Assembly (NCBI RefSeq): GCF_001481685.1
Contig: NZ_CP006867.1
Coordinates: forward strand, 360,001 to 392,000
Length of the DNA: 32,000 nucleotides
Source: Ignicoccus islandicus DSM 13165
Lineage (GTDB): Archaea; Thermoproteota; Thermoprotei_A; Sulfolobales; Ignicoccaceae
Direction of reading: 5' to 3'
A program made the translations under genes and the position numbers. How positions within the stretch are numbered: the first letter of the stretch is position 1; the number at the start of each line of letters is the position of its first letter. Below, in pieces: positions 9,873 to 18,943 of the stretch. The notes under the pieces were generated by a model that was given only the letters and a program-made list of their open reading frames with translations, did no database searches and was not told where the DNA came from.

Positions 9873-10778
9873 TCACTTCGATTTCTGGTCTTGGTCAGCC
9901 CCTAACAGTTTCGCTAAGATATCCATTATAGTACCAGCGTCAATTTGATCGCGAGTATTACACTCACAGCAGAATAAGTAGGAATAGATTAGGGCCATTG
10001 CATCGCCTAGCCAGGGGCAATAGGGGAACTTGAAGTTATTGTTATCGCTTGATAACGCTGCCCTGACAACTTCATAGAACCATTCCGACCTATCTTTAAG
10101 TTTTCCAGTAGCTTTCAAGTAGGTTACGGCTGCTGCTAAAGAGAGGAATTTGCAAAATTGTGTGTTTAGCTTCCCTTTCACGTTGTTTAAAGCACTAGCG
10201 AAATTGGAGGCTTTATTATCACCGTAACATGTATCCAGCATATATATAAGGTCTTTGAGAGTATTCTTTATAGCTTTTACCAATTCGTTCTTCTTCTTAT
10301 CTTCATCAATATCTTTTCCTAGTATTCTCTTTAAGAGATCTTCTCCTTTCATCTCTGATATCTTCTCATGCATCTCTTTTAGTGAACTTAGCAGTCCTTG
10401 TACGGTTTTACAATCTCCGTTGCTTGTCCCATAGTTTTCTATAAGCCCGACTAGTTCATTCACACACCTATTTATTTCAAATGCCTTAGCAACATTTTGA
10501 TCGACGTCCCTTAGTTTATTTTTGATCTTTATACAAATAGCTTCGGTCACTTTTCTAATTAGTTCGCGGGCCTTCTCGTTACTTGAGAAGCTACATAAAT
10601 CTAATTCGTTATTATTCCCGCTCTTATTTTTACCAGTTTGGATCTTCTTGTATATGAGTTCATTCATGAGCTCATTGATTACATCTTTTACCTCTACCGA
10701 CTCTTTTGCGTCCTTTTTCAGTGTTATCTCGAGTAACTCGTTGAGCTTATATAAACCAGATTTGCTAGAGTTAGACAC
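9873..10778 (-). CDS. Hypothetical, mostly alpha-helical protein
   Basis: 301 aa ORF with coherent composition; no family recognised. Confidence 0.6.
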   Translation of the reverse strand: MSNSSKSGLYKLNELLEITLKKDAKESVEVKDVINELMNELIYKKIQTGKNKSGNNNELDLCSFSSNEKARELIRKVTEAICIKIKNKLRDVDQNVAKAFEINRCVNELVGLIENYGTSNGDCKTVQGLLSSLKEMHEKISEMKGEDLLKRILGKDIDEDKKKNELVKAIKNTLKDLIYMLDTCYGDNKASNFASALNNVKGKLNTQFCKFLSLAAAVTYLKATGKLKDRSEWFYEVVRAALSSDNNNFKFPYCPWLGDAMALIYSYLFCCECNTRDQIDAGTIMDILAKLLGADQDQKSK

Positions 10779-10902
10779 TCCCTTTTCACCTATCGAGTTT
10801 CTCGCATGATGGATTCATATATCTAACTTCTTAGAATGTTCTACGCCAATTAGAGTGTAATTACATTACTGTATTAGTTGGTAAGGTTGATCGGGGATTG
10901 AA

Positions 10903-11319
10903 GTGTATATCAAATTTAAACAAGGATCTATAAAAGTAGAAGTGATAGGGAACGCATTATACGTAGGAGACGAAATAGTTCTGGATGCGAGAACAATAAC
11001 GTTTCCGAAAGGAAGCAAGGTTTACTACGCTGAACCTACTAAGAAGAAAATGGTTATAGTAATAGAACATCCTCCGATAAGGTTCGTTGAAGATCCACCT
11101 AGGGTAGACTTAGTCGCTAACGATAGGTTTTACTATATGGGGTTCGATGTCAGAGCAACAGACCTGGATTTCGAAAAGTACCTAACAGTAGTAGTACCAG
11201 GTTCGTTTTTATATGATTACGTTATAGTTACTTCAAACAAGAGCGAAGTCGCTATGAGCGCAAAGAGGAAAGCATATCTAGAGGAAACTGAAAAAAGTTC
11301 GATTATTTACTTATTGTAA
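10903..11319 (+). CDS. Hypothetical beta-rich protein
   Basis: 138 aa ORF with alternating hydrophobic/charged pattern. Its 3' end overlaps the convergent propeller gene by 13 nt. Confidence 0.6.
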   Translation: MYIKFKQGSIKVEVIGNALYVGDEIVLDARTITFPKGSKVYYAEPTKKKMVIVIEHPPIRFVEDPPRVDLVANDRFYYMGFDVRATDLDFEKYLTVVVPGSFLYDYVIVTSNKSEVAMSAKRKAYLEETEKSSIIYLL

Positions 11320-13388
11320 GCCCTTCGCTTGAGTAACTTGCGAGAAGCTATGGAAGCCAACCCACCAATCAATGCAACAGACGGAATGCCCTTTTCGGCG
11401 CCACTAGAGCTACTGGTTATAATGAGTTCTGACTGCGATGCTGCTATCGGAGTTACTTTATATATTTTCGCATATCCAAATAGAGAAGCTACTACTATCT
11501 TGTCACCGCTCCATGCTACATGTCCAAAATCAACTGGATTCACTCTACCCAAAACTTCTCCATCCCTATTAACAACTAAAAGTTTTGAACTCGAAAGTAA
11601 AGCTAAGTAGTTGCAATCTTGTGAAAAGGCTTCCATATGAATCCATGGAGATTTATCTATATCTATTAGGTGTGAATTATCAATAACGGGAGTACTGAAA
11701 GTCTTTTCCCAGAGAACTTTAGCATGTGAAGGATCGCTTATATCTATCATAGATCTTGTTAGGTAGCTTCGCGTTAGTAAATAGCTTCCGCACGACTCAA
11801 TTCTTTTAATATGATGAGATTTAGGATTATTTTTAAATATTATTGTTTTGAACGTTATTTTTCCGTCTCTAGGGTTCACTGTGTATAAGTACAAGTAATA
11901 GTGTGCATTTCCACTATCGTCATCTTTACTAACTTCCAAGAATAAGTAGAATTGATCATTAGAATTAGACCTTGCAATGAATACTTCTGTAAGACTCCCA
12001 TCGACAGTGCTCACATTCAATTCAGTTTCCCACTTAAGAGTACCAGAGTAGTCGAGCTTAACGCACTTTACTAACTTTTGGGAAGAATTGAGATTACATA
12101 ATGCTATACCGTCTTCAATGATGAGTGGGTACTTGGCTGAGAGAATACCTTGAGTGTTTATTTCATTAATAAGGGTTCCGTTTTTGTTAACTAAATAGAC
12201 ACTGTTACCGGTACCTAAGGCGAAGAATCCATTGTAGTAATCTATACTATAAATATTTCCATCAGTATTGATGAGGTTAACTAGGTCTCCTTCTATTGTT
12301 TCTATTATGAAAATATTATGAAACGAGGCTCCTATATATCCATCTGGTGTGACTTCCAAGTTTCTTATGAGGAAAAATTCAAAATCGAGGGACGATATTG
12401 ATTCTTTTATTGAAAACTCTATTATTTTCTCTATTTTAACCTTAAGACCCATCAAGGAGGGGGTTGGCGGAGAGAGCGCGCTCTCATCGACAGTAAATGC
12501 ATAGATTTCTCCCGGAGTTACAGCGAATAAATTATTGTTCTGCCAGAACACAAAGAACGTGTTTGGGACTACTTTCGTGAATACGAGCTTTCCTGTAATA
12601 TCAAATACCTTCAATCGTCCAGTGTCAACGTCACCGACGGCTATATATCGGCAATCGGGCGAGAACGCTATTTTCTCAAAAGGTTCTCCTCCTGCTTCCG
12701 AGCTTTCCCAAACAACTGAGGGAACTACTTTCGATATATCCATCAAATAAAGATTAGTTAGAGTTAGCACAGCTAAATAATTTCCACAAGTGGTCATAGC
12801 TACAGCGGTGAAACGTCCCCCTAGGTTAAAGGAACTCTCTGCTACGTTCCTACCGTTCTCTAAATCAAGGACATAGATTTTACCAACTGGTAATAAGGAA
12901 TAGTAAAAGTATTTCCCACGAACCGCACCAGCTGTAGCTTCATGTGGATAACGTAATGTTATAGTCCATTTGGTACTTCCATTAAGGTCTACTAACTTAA
13001 TATCACTACCATAAAGTAGTATTCCGTAATCCGTTGTCTCGGCTCTATAGACACTAGCATCTTGGATAGTGAGCGTTTTCCATAAGCTCCCGTTCTCATA
13101 TATTAGCCAGAGTTTATCCCCCTCCGGTTCCATAACGATAAACAAGCCTTTGTTATAAACTATGTCTGAAATATCCCCATAAACATTAACTTTAGCAATG
13201 AAGTTCCCATATCTATCAAACAAGTAAACTAAGTCTCTATCCGTGAGGACAGCTAAGGTACCGCTATCGGAAACAGCGGCCGAAACTATAGTTCCATCAA
13301 CTTTTTGCATCCACTTTAAATCTAGGTTCAGAGAGAAGCCTATCGAGGCTATAATTAGTATTACTATTAAGCTATTCAGATTTTTCAT
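11307..13388 (-). CDS. Large secreted/anchored beta-propeller protein with C-terminal hydrophobic anchor
   Basis: 693 aa. Signal peptide (MKNLNSLIVILIIASIGFSLNL), many blade-like units (GTLAVLTDRDLVYLFDRYGNFIAKV), tail SSSGAEKGIPSVALIGGLASIASRKLLKRRAYNK. Confidence 0.7.
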   Translation of the reverse strand: MKNLNSLIVILIIASIGFSLNLDLKWMQKVDGTIVSAAVSDSGTLAVLTDRDLVYLFDRYGNFIAKVNVYGDISDIVYNKGLFIVMEPEGDKLWLIYENGSLWKTLTIQDASVYRAETTDYGILLYGSDIKLVDLNGSTKWTITLRYPHEATAGAVRGKYFYYSLLPVGKIYVLDLENGRNVAESSFNLGGRFTAVAMTTCGNYLAVLTLTNLYLMDISKVVPSVVWESSEAGGEPFEKIAFSPDCRYIAVGDVDTGRLKVFDITGKLVFTKVVPNTFFVFWQNNNLFAVTPGEIYAFTVDESALSPPTPSLMGLKVKIEKIIEFSIKESISSLDFEFFLIRNLEVTPDGYIGASFHNIFIIETIEGDLVNLINTDGNIYSIDYYNGFFALGTGNSVYLVNKNGTLINEINTQGILSAKYPLIIEDGIALCNLNSSQKLVKCVKLDYSGTLKWETELNVSTVDGSLTEVFIARSNSNDQFYLFLEVSKDDDSGNAHYYLYLYTVNPRDGKITFKTIIFKNNPKSHHIKRIESCGSYLLTRSYLTRSMIDISDPSHAKVLWEKTFSTPVIDNSHLIDIDKSPWIHMEAFSQDCNYLALLSSSKLLVVNRDGEVLGRVNPVDFGHVAWSGDKIVVASLFGYAKIYKVTPIAASQSELIITSSSSGAEKGIPSVALIGGLASIASRKLLKRRAYNK

Positions 13389-13468
13389 TACTTACCAGCA
13401 CACGCAGAAAGATTTACGAACTCATCCTTAAAAAGTGAGCTAGCAAAAGGAAAGGGTAGGTTAGGGCG

Positions 13469-13762
13469 ATGGGTTACGACCCCTTACTAGTAATAGTATT
13501 GAGTCTGATAACTCTAATGGTAGTTACCTCAATTATGTTTAAAATGAATGTAGTATTAAGCGCTGGTATAGGAAGCGTTTCCGCTGCTGTAGGTGGCCTC
13601 GGTTCATATTTAATATGTACTATACTATTCCCCTCGACTTCTCCAATAATATGTGCAACGATAGGGTCTATATCAAGCATGTGGAGTTCGGTATTGACTC
13701 TATACCTAAGCGCTAGCTTGCAACAACAAGGAATAGGCTTAACAATGTATATTCATGGATAA
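13469..13762 (+). CDS. Small hypothetical membrane protein
   Basis: 97 aa, mostly hydrophobic with about three predicted TM segments. Confidence 0.5.
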   Translation: MGYDPLLVIVLSLITLMVVTSIMFKMNVVLSAGIGSVSAAVGGLGSYLICTILFPSTSPIICATIGSISSMWSSVLTLYLSASLQQQGIGLTMYIHG

Positions 13763-13826
13763 TCAGTAAGCGTTAACTTATTAGATGCGGTTTTGTAGGA
13801 GTAGCTTGAGTTGAAGGAGAAGAATA

Positions 13827-14861
13827 TTGAAACTAGTTACAGTAATTTTAGTCTCCATAGCATTGGTTGTCATTAACGCATACGATTTAGTTCTGGTATG
13901 GGAAACGCACGAACCTAAAGACGGAATACTCAAAATAACATTTTCAGATAATGGACACTTGGGAGTAGCCTCCGGGGATAAGTGCGCTTACGTATTCGAT
14001 GCGAACGGTTCGCTACTTGGTAAGAAGTGTGGAAGCAAAGGCATGAGAGATGTCGATTATTCCAATGGTACTTTTGCTTTCAGTAACTATGACGATTACG
14101 TGTATTTACTTTGGGAAAACGGAACTTATTGGAAAGAAATATACGTTGGCGATGAAAGGAACGTAGCAGTTGAGATGCTAGGAAACGGCTTTGTAGTTTG
14201 CGAATCTCATTGCACTCGTTACGATTTACAAGGAAACGTGATATGGGACCGGGTCGTTACTGATAGGTACGTTATAGATTTAGAAAGTAGTGGTAATTAC
14301 CTTTATTTAACTAATTTTAAAGGTACGCATAGTTACTTAGAAGTTAGAAACTTGAGCGACGGTAGCTTAGTAACGAACATAGATCATGAAAACAACGTCA
14401 TAAAGAACTTAGCCTTGAGGGGGAACTTCCTAATAGCTTCATCGTTCGGAGTTAGCTACGTTTACGATATCTCAGATCCTCAGAACGTAAGTATTCTCGG
14501 AGCTCTGGGTCCGGCCGAGGATTTCGCTATCTCGCCAGATAGTAGCTACGCAGTAATGGTCAACTCAAGTAAAGTAGTTATCTATAACACCCAAGGAGAA
14601 GCGATATACGAGGCTCCGATTTCTAATGCACTGAGAGTAGATTGGTGGAACAACTTAATTGCAATAGGTTTCGAAGACGGTACCGTAAAGGTCTATAAGT
14701 TCTTAATTGAAGATGAGGAACCTCAAGAGGAGGTCGCTACAACAGTACTTCATACAGAGACGAATACTCAGAGCACGGAATCACAAAGCGTTTCAGGAAT
14801 ACCTTTCATTAGTATAGCCGTAATTCCGCTAACAAGACTTAAGAGGAAGTTGAGAAAGTAG
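13827..14861 (+). CDS. Secreted/anchored beta-propeller protein, paralogous in layout to 11307-13388
   Basis: 344 aa. Signal peptide, blade-like repeats (FSDNGHLGVASGDKCAYVFDANGSLL), Thr/Ser/Gln linker, tail VSGIPFISIAVIPLTRLKRKLRK. Confidence 0.7.
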   Translation: MKLVTVILVSIALVVINAYDLVLVWETHEPKDGILKITFSDNGHLGVASGDKCAYVFDANGSLLGKKCGSKGMRDVDYSNGTFAFSNYDDYVYLLWENGTYWKEIYVGDERNVAVEMLGNGFVVCESHCTRYDLQGNVIWDRVVTDRYVIDLESSGNYLYLTNFKGTHSYLEVRNLSDGSLVTNIDHENNVIKNLALRGNFLIASSFGVSYVYDISDPQNVSILGALGPAEDFAISPDSSYAVMVNSSKVVIYNTQGEAIYEAPISNALRVDWWNNLIAIGFEDGTVKVYKFLIEDEEPQEEVATTVLHTETNTQSTESQSVSGIPFISIAVIPLTRLKRKLRK

Positions 14862-14872
14862 CTAGGTGATTT

Positions 14873-17311
14873 TTATAGTATATTGTGGAGGGCTCTGAAG
14901 TCCTCCTCGAAGCCCTCTAGACCGCTAACGTCTATTCCATGCTCCTCTAGTTCTCTCAAGCTAATTGGATCCTTTAGCTTTCTTTTTAGAACCTCTTTCT
15001 TCAATTTCCATACTTGGGAATTGAGTTCCATAACCCTCCTACCTATTTCCAGTTCCCTCTCGAAGTTCCACTCCTTCCTGGGTTTGGGCATCTCTTGAGC
15101 GTGGACGCTTTCCTTCGAATACAGCTGTCTCCAAACGTAATCGGTTATGGCTGGAGCGATTGGAGCGAGGACCAATAGAACGTGCTTGAGGGATTGGTGG
15201 AGGGCGTACCAAGCCCCCATAGCGTCTTCCTCAGTGAACCTTTCGTCTAGCAATCTCGCCCTCTTCTTGCTCAGCTCGATGTAGTGGGAGGCGAGCTTAT
15301 CCCAAACGAAGTGGTATATCTCTTCCGCTACAGCGTGGAAGTCCAGTTCCTCGTAAGCTCGGTTTATTTTCTCTAGGGACTGATTTAACTCGGCCAATAT
15401 CCACTTATCCGTTGCTCTTAATTGGGCGTTATCAACTATTGGGAAGGAGCTAATGTATCTCGCAACGTTAAGTAGTTTGGTAAGGAATTTGTACGCGCCT
15501 AAGATCTTGCTCTCAATGACCCTGTAGTTCTCACCGGGCTTCACTTCTAGGGCTATCCAGAACCTGGTCGCGTCTGCACCGTACTTATCGAGGATTTCCT
15601 CCGGTTTTATTACGTTTCCGTACCTCTTGCTCATTTTCCGGCCTTTCTCATCCAATCCCATTCCATTGATGAAGACCCATTCGAAAGCTCTCTTGCCAGT
15701 TAATTGGTGAACCCTAAGGAGGGTATAGTAGAGCCAAGTTCTAATTATGTCGTATCCTTGAGGCCTTAGCTTAGTGCCCTCTAGGAACGTCTTCCTCCAG
15801 AACTCCTCGTCCCTCAAGTATTTCGTTATGTATAGAATTGATATTGAGGAGTCCATCCACGTATCGAAAACTCTCTTCTCGCCTTCCCATTCAGACGATC
15901 CGCACTTAGGACACCTATCTATAGGCGGATTCTCCTTCCATGGCCTGTAGTACTTACCTGGCGGGGGAACGTACTTGTAGCCACATTTCTTGCAAGTCCA
16001 AACCGGTATTTCTGTTGCATAGAACCTCCTTCGAGAAATTGGCCAATCGGTAGTAACTGAATCGATCCATTGAATTAAGTTGGCCCTGTACCTCTCGGGT
16101 TGCCACTTCATTTCATAGGCGTACTTCTTTAGAACGTCCTTGTAAGGCAATTGCTTTAGGTAGTATTCCTTCATTGGAATTATTTCAATTTCCGTTTCGC
16201 ATCTCTCGTGCACGGGTACTTTGTGAACTATCTTCTCTACTTTCACTAAGTAACCTTCTTCCTTTAGTATCTCTACTATTTTCTTCTTGGCTTCCTTAAC
16301 CTTGAGACCTTTAATAGGACCGGCGCACTCGGTCATTCTTCCATCGATATCTATTGCTTTTATGGGCTTGAGGTTCAGCTCTCTAAACAGTTGAACGTCC
16401 CTCCAATCTCCAAACGAACAAACCATCATGGCGCCTGTACCGAAGTTCGGGTCTGCCATTTTGTGAGGAATAATCGGAATCTCTCTATTGTATATCGGCA
16501 CTACCGCTATCTTCCCATGGAACCTCTTGTACCTCTCGTCGTCCGGGTGCACTATTACGGCTTGACACGCGCAAAGGAGCTCCGGCCTGGTAGTCGCTAT
16601 AGTTATGAATTCGTTGGTTTCCTTCACTCTGAAGTTTACGTAAGCTAGTATGCCCTCCCTCTCTTTATACTCGACCTCGGCGTCCGCTATGGTAGTTTTG
16701 CACTTAGGGCACCAGTTGTTAGGCCTCTCGGCCTCGTATATCAGGCCCTCGTTCCAAAGCCTTATGAAAGTCGCTTGAGTAAGAGCTCTATAGTCAGGAG
16801 AATCGGTCATATATGCGTTATCTATATCTGCAGCAATTAACAACCTCTTCAAAACGTTCTTCATGTTAACTACGAACTCGTCCAATGCCTTCCTACAAGC
16901 CTCTAGGAACTTCTCCCTATCCGTGTTCCAAGGCGTTAAGCCCAGGTATTTCTCTACGTAAAGTTCGATTGGGAGGCCGTTCCTATCGAAACCTATCGGA
17001 TAAAGCACTTCGTACCCTAACATCCTCATGGCTCTCGCTATCATGTCGTGTAGCGAATAGCTAACGGCTGCCCCAATGTGCCAAACGGGAGCTGGATAGG
17101 GCGGTGGTGTATCTATTACGAACTTCGGTTTGGGGGAATTGACGTCGAACTTCCACCAGTCCTCCTTTTCCCACCATTGCCTTACTTCATTCTCTATTTT
17201 AAAGTCCCATCTCTTTAGTTCTATCTTCGGCTTGAACTCCATTTCCTGGCTCCTTTCGTTCAATCCATGGGAGTGAAAAATTAACGCTTTCCGTGAGATC
17301 TCCTTAGTCAA
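14873..17311 (-). CDS. valS: Valyl-tRNA synthetase (class I); true start probably the ATG at 17242
   Basis: 812 aa. IDTPPPYPAPVWHIGAAVSYSLHDMIARAMRMLGYEVLYPIGFDRNGLPIE (HIGH motif), KMSKRYGNVIKPEEI (KMSKS), zinc-binding Cys clusters. The sequence upstream of MEFKPKIELKRWDF does not look conserved. Confidence 0.95.
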   Translation of the reverse strand: MTKEISRKALIFHSHGLNERSQEMEFKPKIELKRWDFKIENEVRQWWEKEDWWKFDVNSPKPKFVIDTPPPYPAPVWHIGAAVSYSLHDMIARAMRMLGYEVLYPIGFDRNGLPIELYVEKYLGLTPWNTDREKFLEACRKALDEFVVNMKNVLKRLLIAADIDNAYMTDSPDYRALTQATFIRLWNEGLIYEAERPNNWCPKCKTTIADAEVEYKEREGILAYVNFRVKETNEFITIATTRPELLCACQAVIVHPDDERYKRFHGKIAVVPIYNREIPIIPHKMADPNFGTGAMMVCSFGDWRDVQLFRELNLKPIKAIDIDGRMTECAGPIKGLKVKEAKKKIVEILKEEGYLVKVEKIVHKVPVHERCETEIEIIPMKEYYLKQLPYKDVLKKYAYEMKWQPERYRANLIQWIDSVTTDWPISRRRFYATEIPVWTCKKCGYKYVPPPGKYYRPWKENPPIDRCPKCGSSEWEGEKRVFDTWMDSSISILYITKYLRDEEFWRKTFLEGTKLRPQGYDIIRTWLYYTLLRVHQLTGKRAFEWVFINGMGLDEKGRKMSKRYGNVIKPEEILDKYGADATRFWIALEVKPGENYRVIESKILGAYKFLTKLLNVARYISSFPIVDNAQLRATDKWILAELNQSLEKINRAYEELDFHAVAEEIYHFVWDKLASHYIELSKKRARLLDERFTEEDAMGAWYALHQSLKHVLLVLAPIAPAITDYVWRQLYSKESVHAQEMPKPRKEWNFERELEIGRRVMELNSQVWKLKKEVLKRKLKDPISLRELEEHGIDVSGLEGFEEDFRALHNIL

Positions 17312-17743
17312 TCAAGTGTGATCTGATTCAAGGGTCAAGATTTATATGTTTTATAGGTTTTCTTGAAGTCTTTCCCTGATACGTTCTTCTATTTGTTTTG
17401 TATTCGATTTCGATCCTAGTACTTCTCTGAAAGGAAGAAGCAAGTAAATCACTCCAGTACAGTGATTACATGAATACAATGGAAAGAATATGGCGGTGCT
17501 TCGCCTCCTTTTCTCTCCTTGTCGCCTTGGCCCTCCCAAATGGGGGACAAGGTTGTAGCCGTTCAAACTATGATAGAGGAGAAGATAAACGAATAGGTTC
17601 TAATAGGAATCGTATTTAGGTCTAATTACAGCCTTTCCTATCGAATCCATAAGCTCTTCTACCTTCTTTGTACTACTTGGGACAATCCCTACGTCAATAA
17701 CACTCAAGCTCGGCACGTTATCAATTAGGTTAAATGAGCTAGC

Positions 17744-18016
17744 TCATCCAGTTTTTCTGCTTTTAACATTGTGTATTCCGAACATAAACTTTAACAGAGC
17801 GAGTTTCAATGTACCTTCGGGTAAGCTAATACTTATAGGGAAACTTTCTTCTACTATTTTGTAATCAAGCTTATTTCTATTATTTATAAAGCTAGCTAAA
17901 GCAATCCTGCTGAGCCATCTCATTCTTCCAATTATCGAATAAGATCTAGGACCTCCTACGAAGAGTAACTCTCCGTTAATTAATTTAAAATTCTTACCTT
18001 GAGCGTCTTCGCCCAT
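17744..18016 (-). CDS. Hypothetical protein, possibly a truncated reading frame (see finding)
   Basis: 90 aa ORF; an in-frame continuation of 47 codons follows the TGA stop. Confidence 0.4.
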   Translation of the reverse strand: MGEDAQGKNFKLINGELLFVGGPRSYSIIGRMRWLSRIALASFINNRNKLDYKIVEESFPISISLPEGTLKLALLKFMFGIHNVKSRKTG

Positions 18017-18264
18017 ATAGGGCGTTCAATTCACGAATCTGAGTTTTACTCTTGGAAGATCCTTTAATATTCCCTTACTAAATTCGCTTAACTCATAAAG
18101 AAAAAGGATATATTTCTTTAGGTTATCACCGGATCGTAATCGTAACTGTAGATTGGACGACACAACTAGAGGATCTGATCATCGAAATCAAGCTTTTCAG
18201 ATCTTCGCCTCGCTCTCAACCTTTTTACCTTCCCCTCCCAATTAACTCCCTTCGGGAACATTGA

Positions 18265-18810
18265 TTGTCCCTCCCCGATCAACTGCTCGACCTAGCCTTC
18301 CAGTACGCTTCCCAGAAGTTCGCGGAAATACTCGATAAGCTCAGAGCTGGCAAGCCCATTACTGATTCCGAAGCGAACTTCATTTTGCTCTTCATGGTCC
18401 TTAATCAAACCAAAGTGAGTTACGATAGCTTGTACAAGCAAATGGAGCTCAACAGGATGGAATTGAGGGAAGTCGAGAAGAGGCTGGAGAAGAGGATTGA
18501 TGAGACTGATAAGAGGATAGAAGAAGTTGAAGCTAGGTTAAACAAGAGGATAGATGAGGTGAAGGAAGAGCTCAATAGGAGGATAGATGACGTTAGGAGC
18601 GAACTAAACGGTAGGATAGATGAGACCAATAGGAGGATCGATCAATTACGGGAAGAGATGAAGCTCATGGAAGAGAGGTTAAACAAGAGGATGGACGACA
18701 TAGAGCAATCGATCGACGAATTGAAGGCGGGAATGGCGGGATTGAACTCCCAGATGAAGTTGGTAACGGACATGCTGGGCAAAGTGGTGGAAGCGCTGGC
18801 TAAGAGATAG
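18265..18810 (+). CDS. Coiled-coil protein with 7/11-residue repeats
   Basis: 181 aa. Phased units KRIDETD / KRIEEVEARLN / KRIDEVKEELN / RRIDDVRSELN / GRIDETN / RRIDQLREEMKLMEERLN / KRMDDIEQSIDEL. TTG start directly after an in-frame stop. Confidence 0.7.
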   Translation: MSLPDQLLDLAFQYASQKFAEILDKLRAGKPITDSEANFILLFMVLNQTKVSYDSLYKQMELNRMELREVEKRLEKRIDETDKRIEEVEARLNKRIDEVKEELNRRIDDVRSELNGRIDETNRRIDQLREEMKLMEERLNKRMDDIEQSIDELKAGMAGLNSQMKLVTDMLGKVVEALAKR

Positions 18811-18943
18811 TGGAGAAGAATTGTAATCGCAAATCGTGGATCCAGTGATGAAATGGTGGCGTAGATATATACTGACGATAAACAGCTAGAAGAAAAATCG
18901 TATTATACAGAATTTCTAGTAATACGAGCTTAGGTAAAGGAAG

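Noticed and set aside
9873-10778. Faint resemblance of the helical 301-aa protein to small type III CRISPR subunits
   Set aside because: Only generic helical similarity; no CRISPR array or cas gene in the window.
17351-17566. 71-aa minus ORF downstream of the hypothetical gene
   Set aside because: Composition partly odd and it overlaps a hairpin-rich patch; not supported as a protein, though the last 20 residues look coding-like.
18420-18629. Antisense ORF inside the coiled-coil gene
   Set aside because: Ser/Leu repeats simply mirror the repetitive coding strand.
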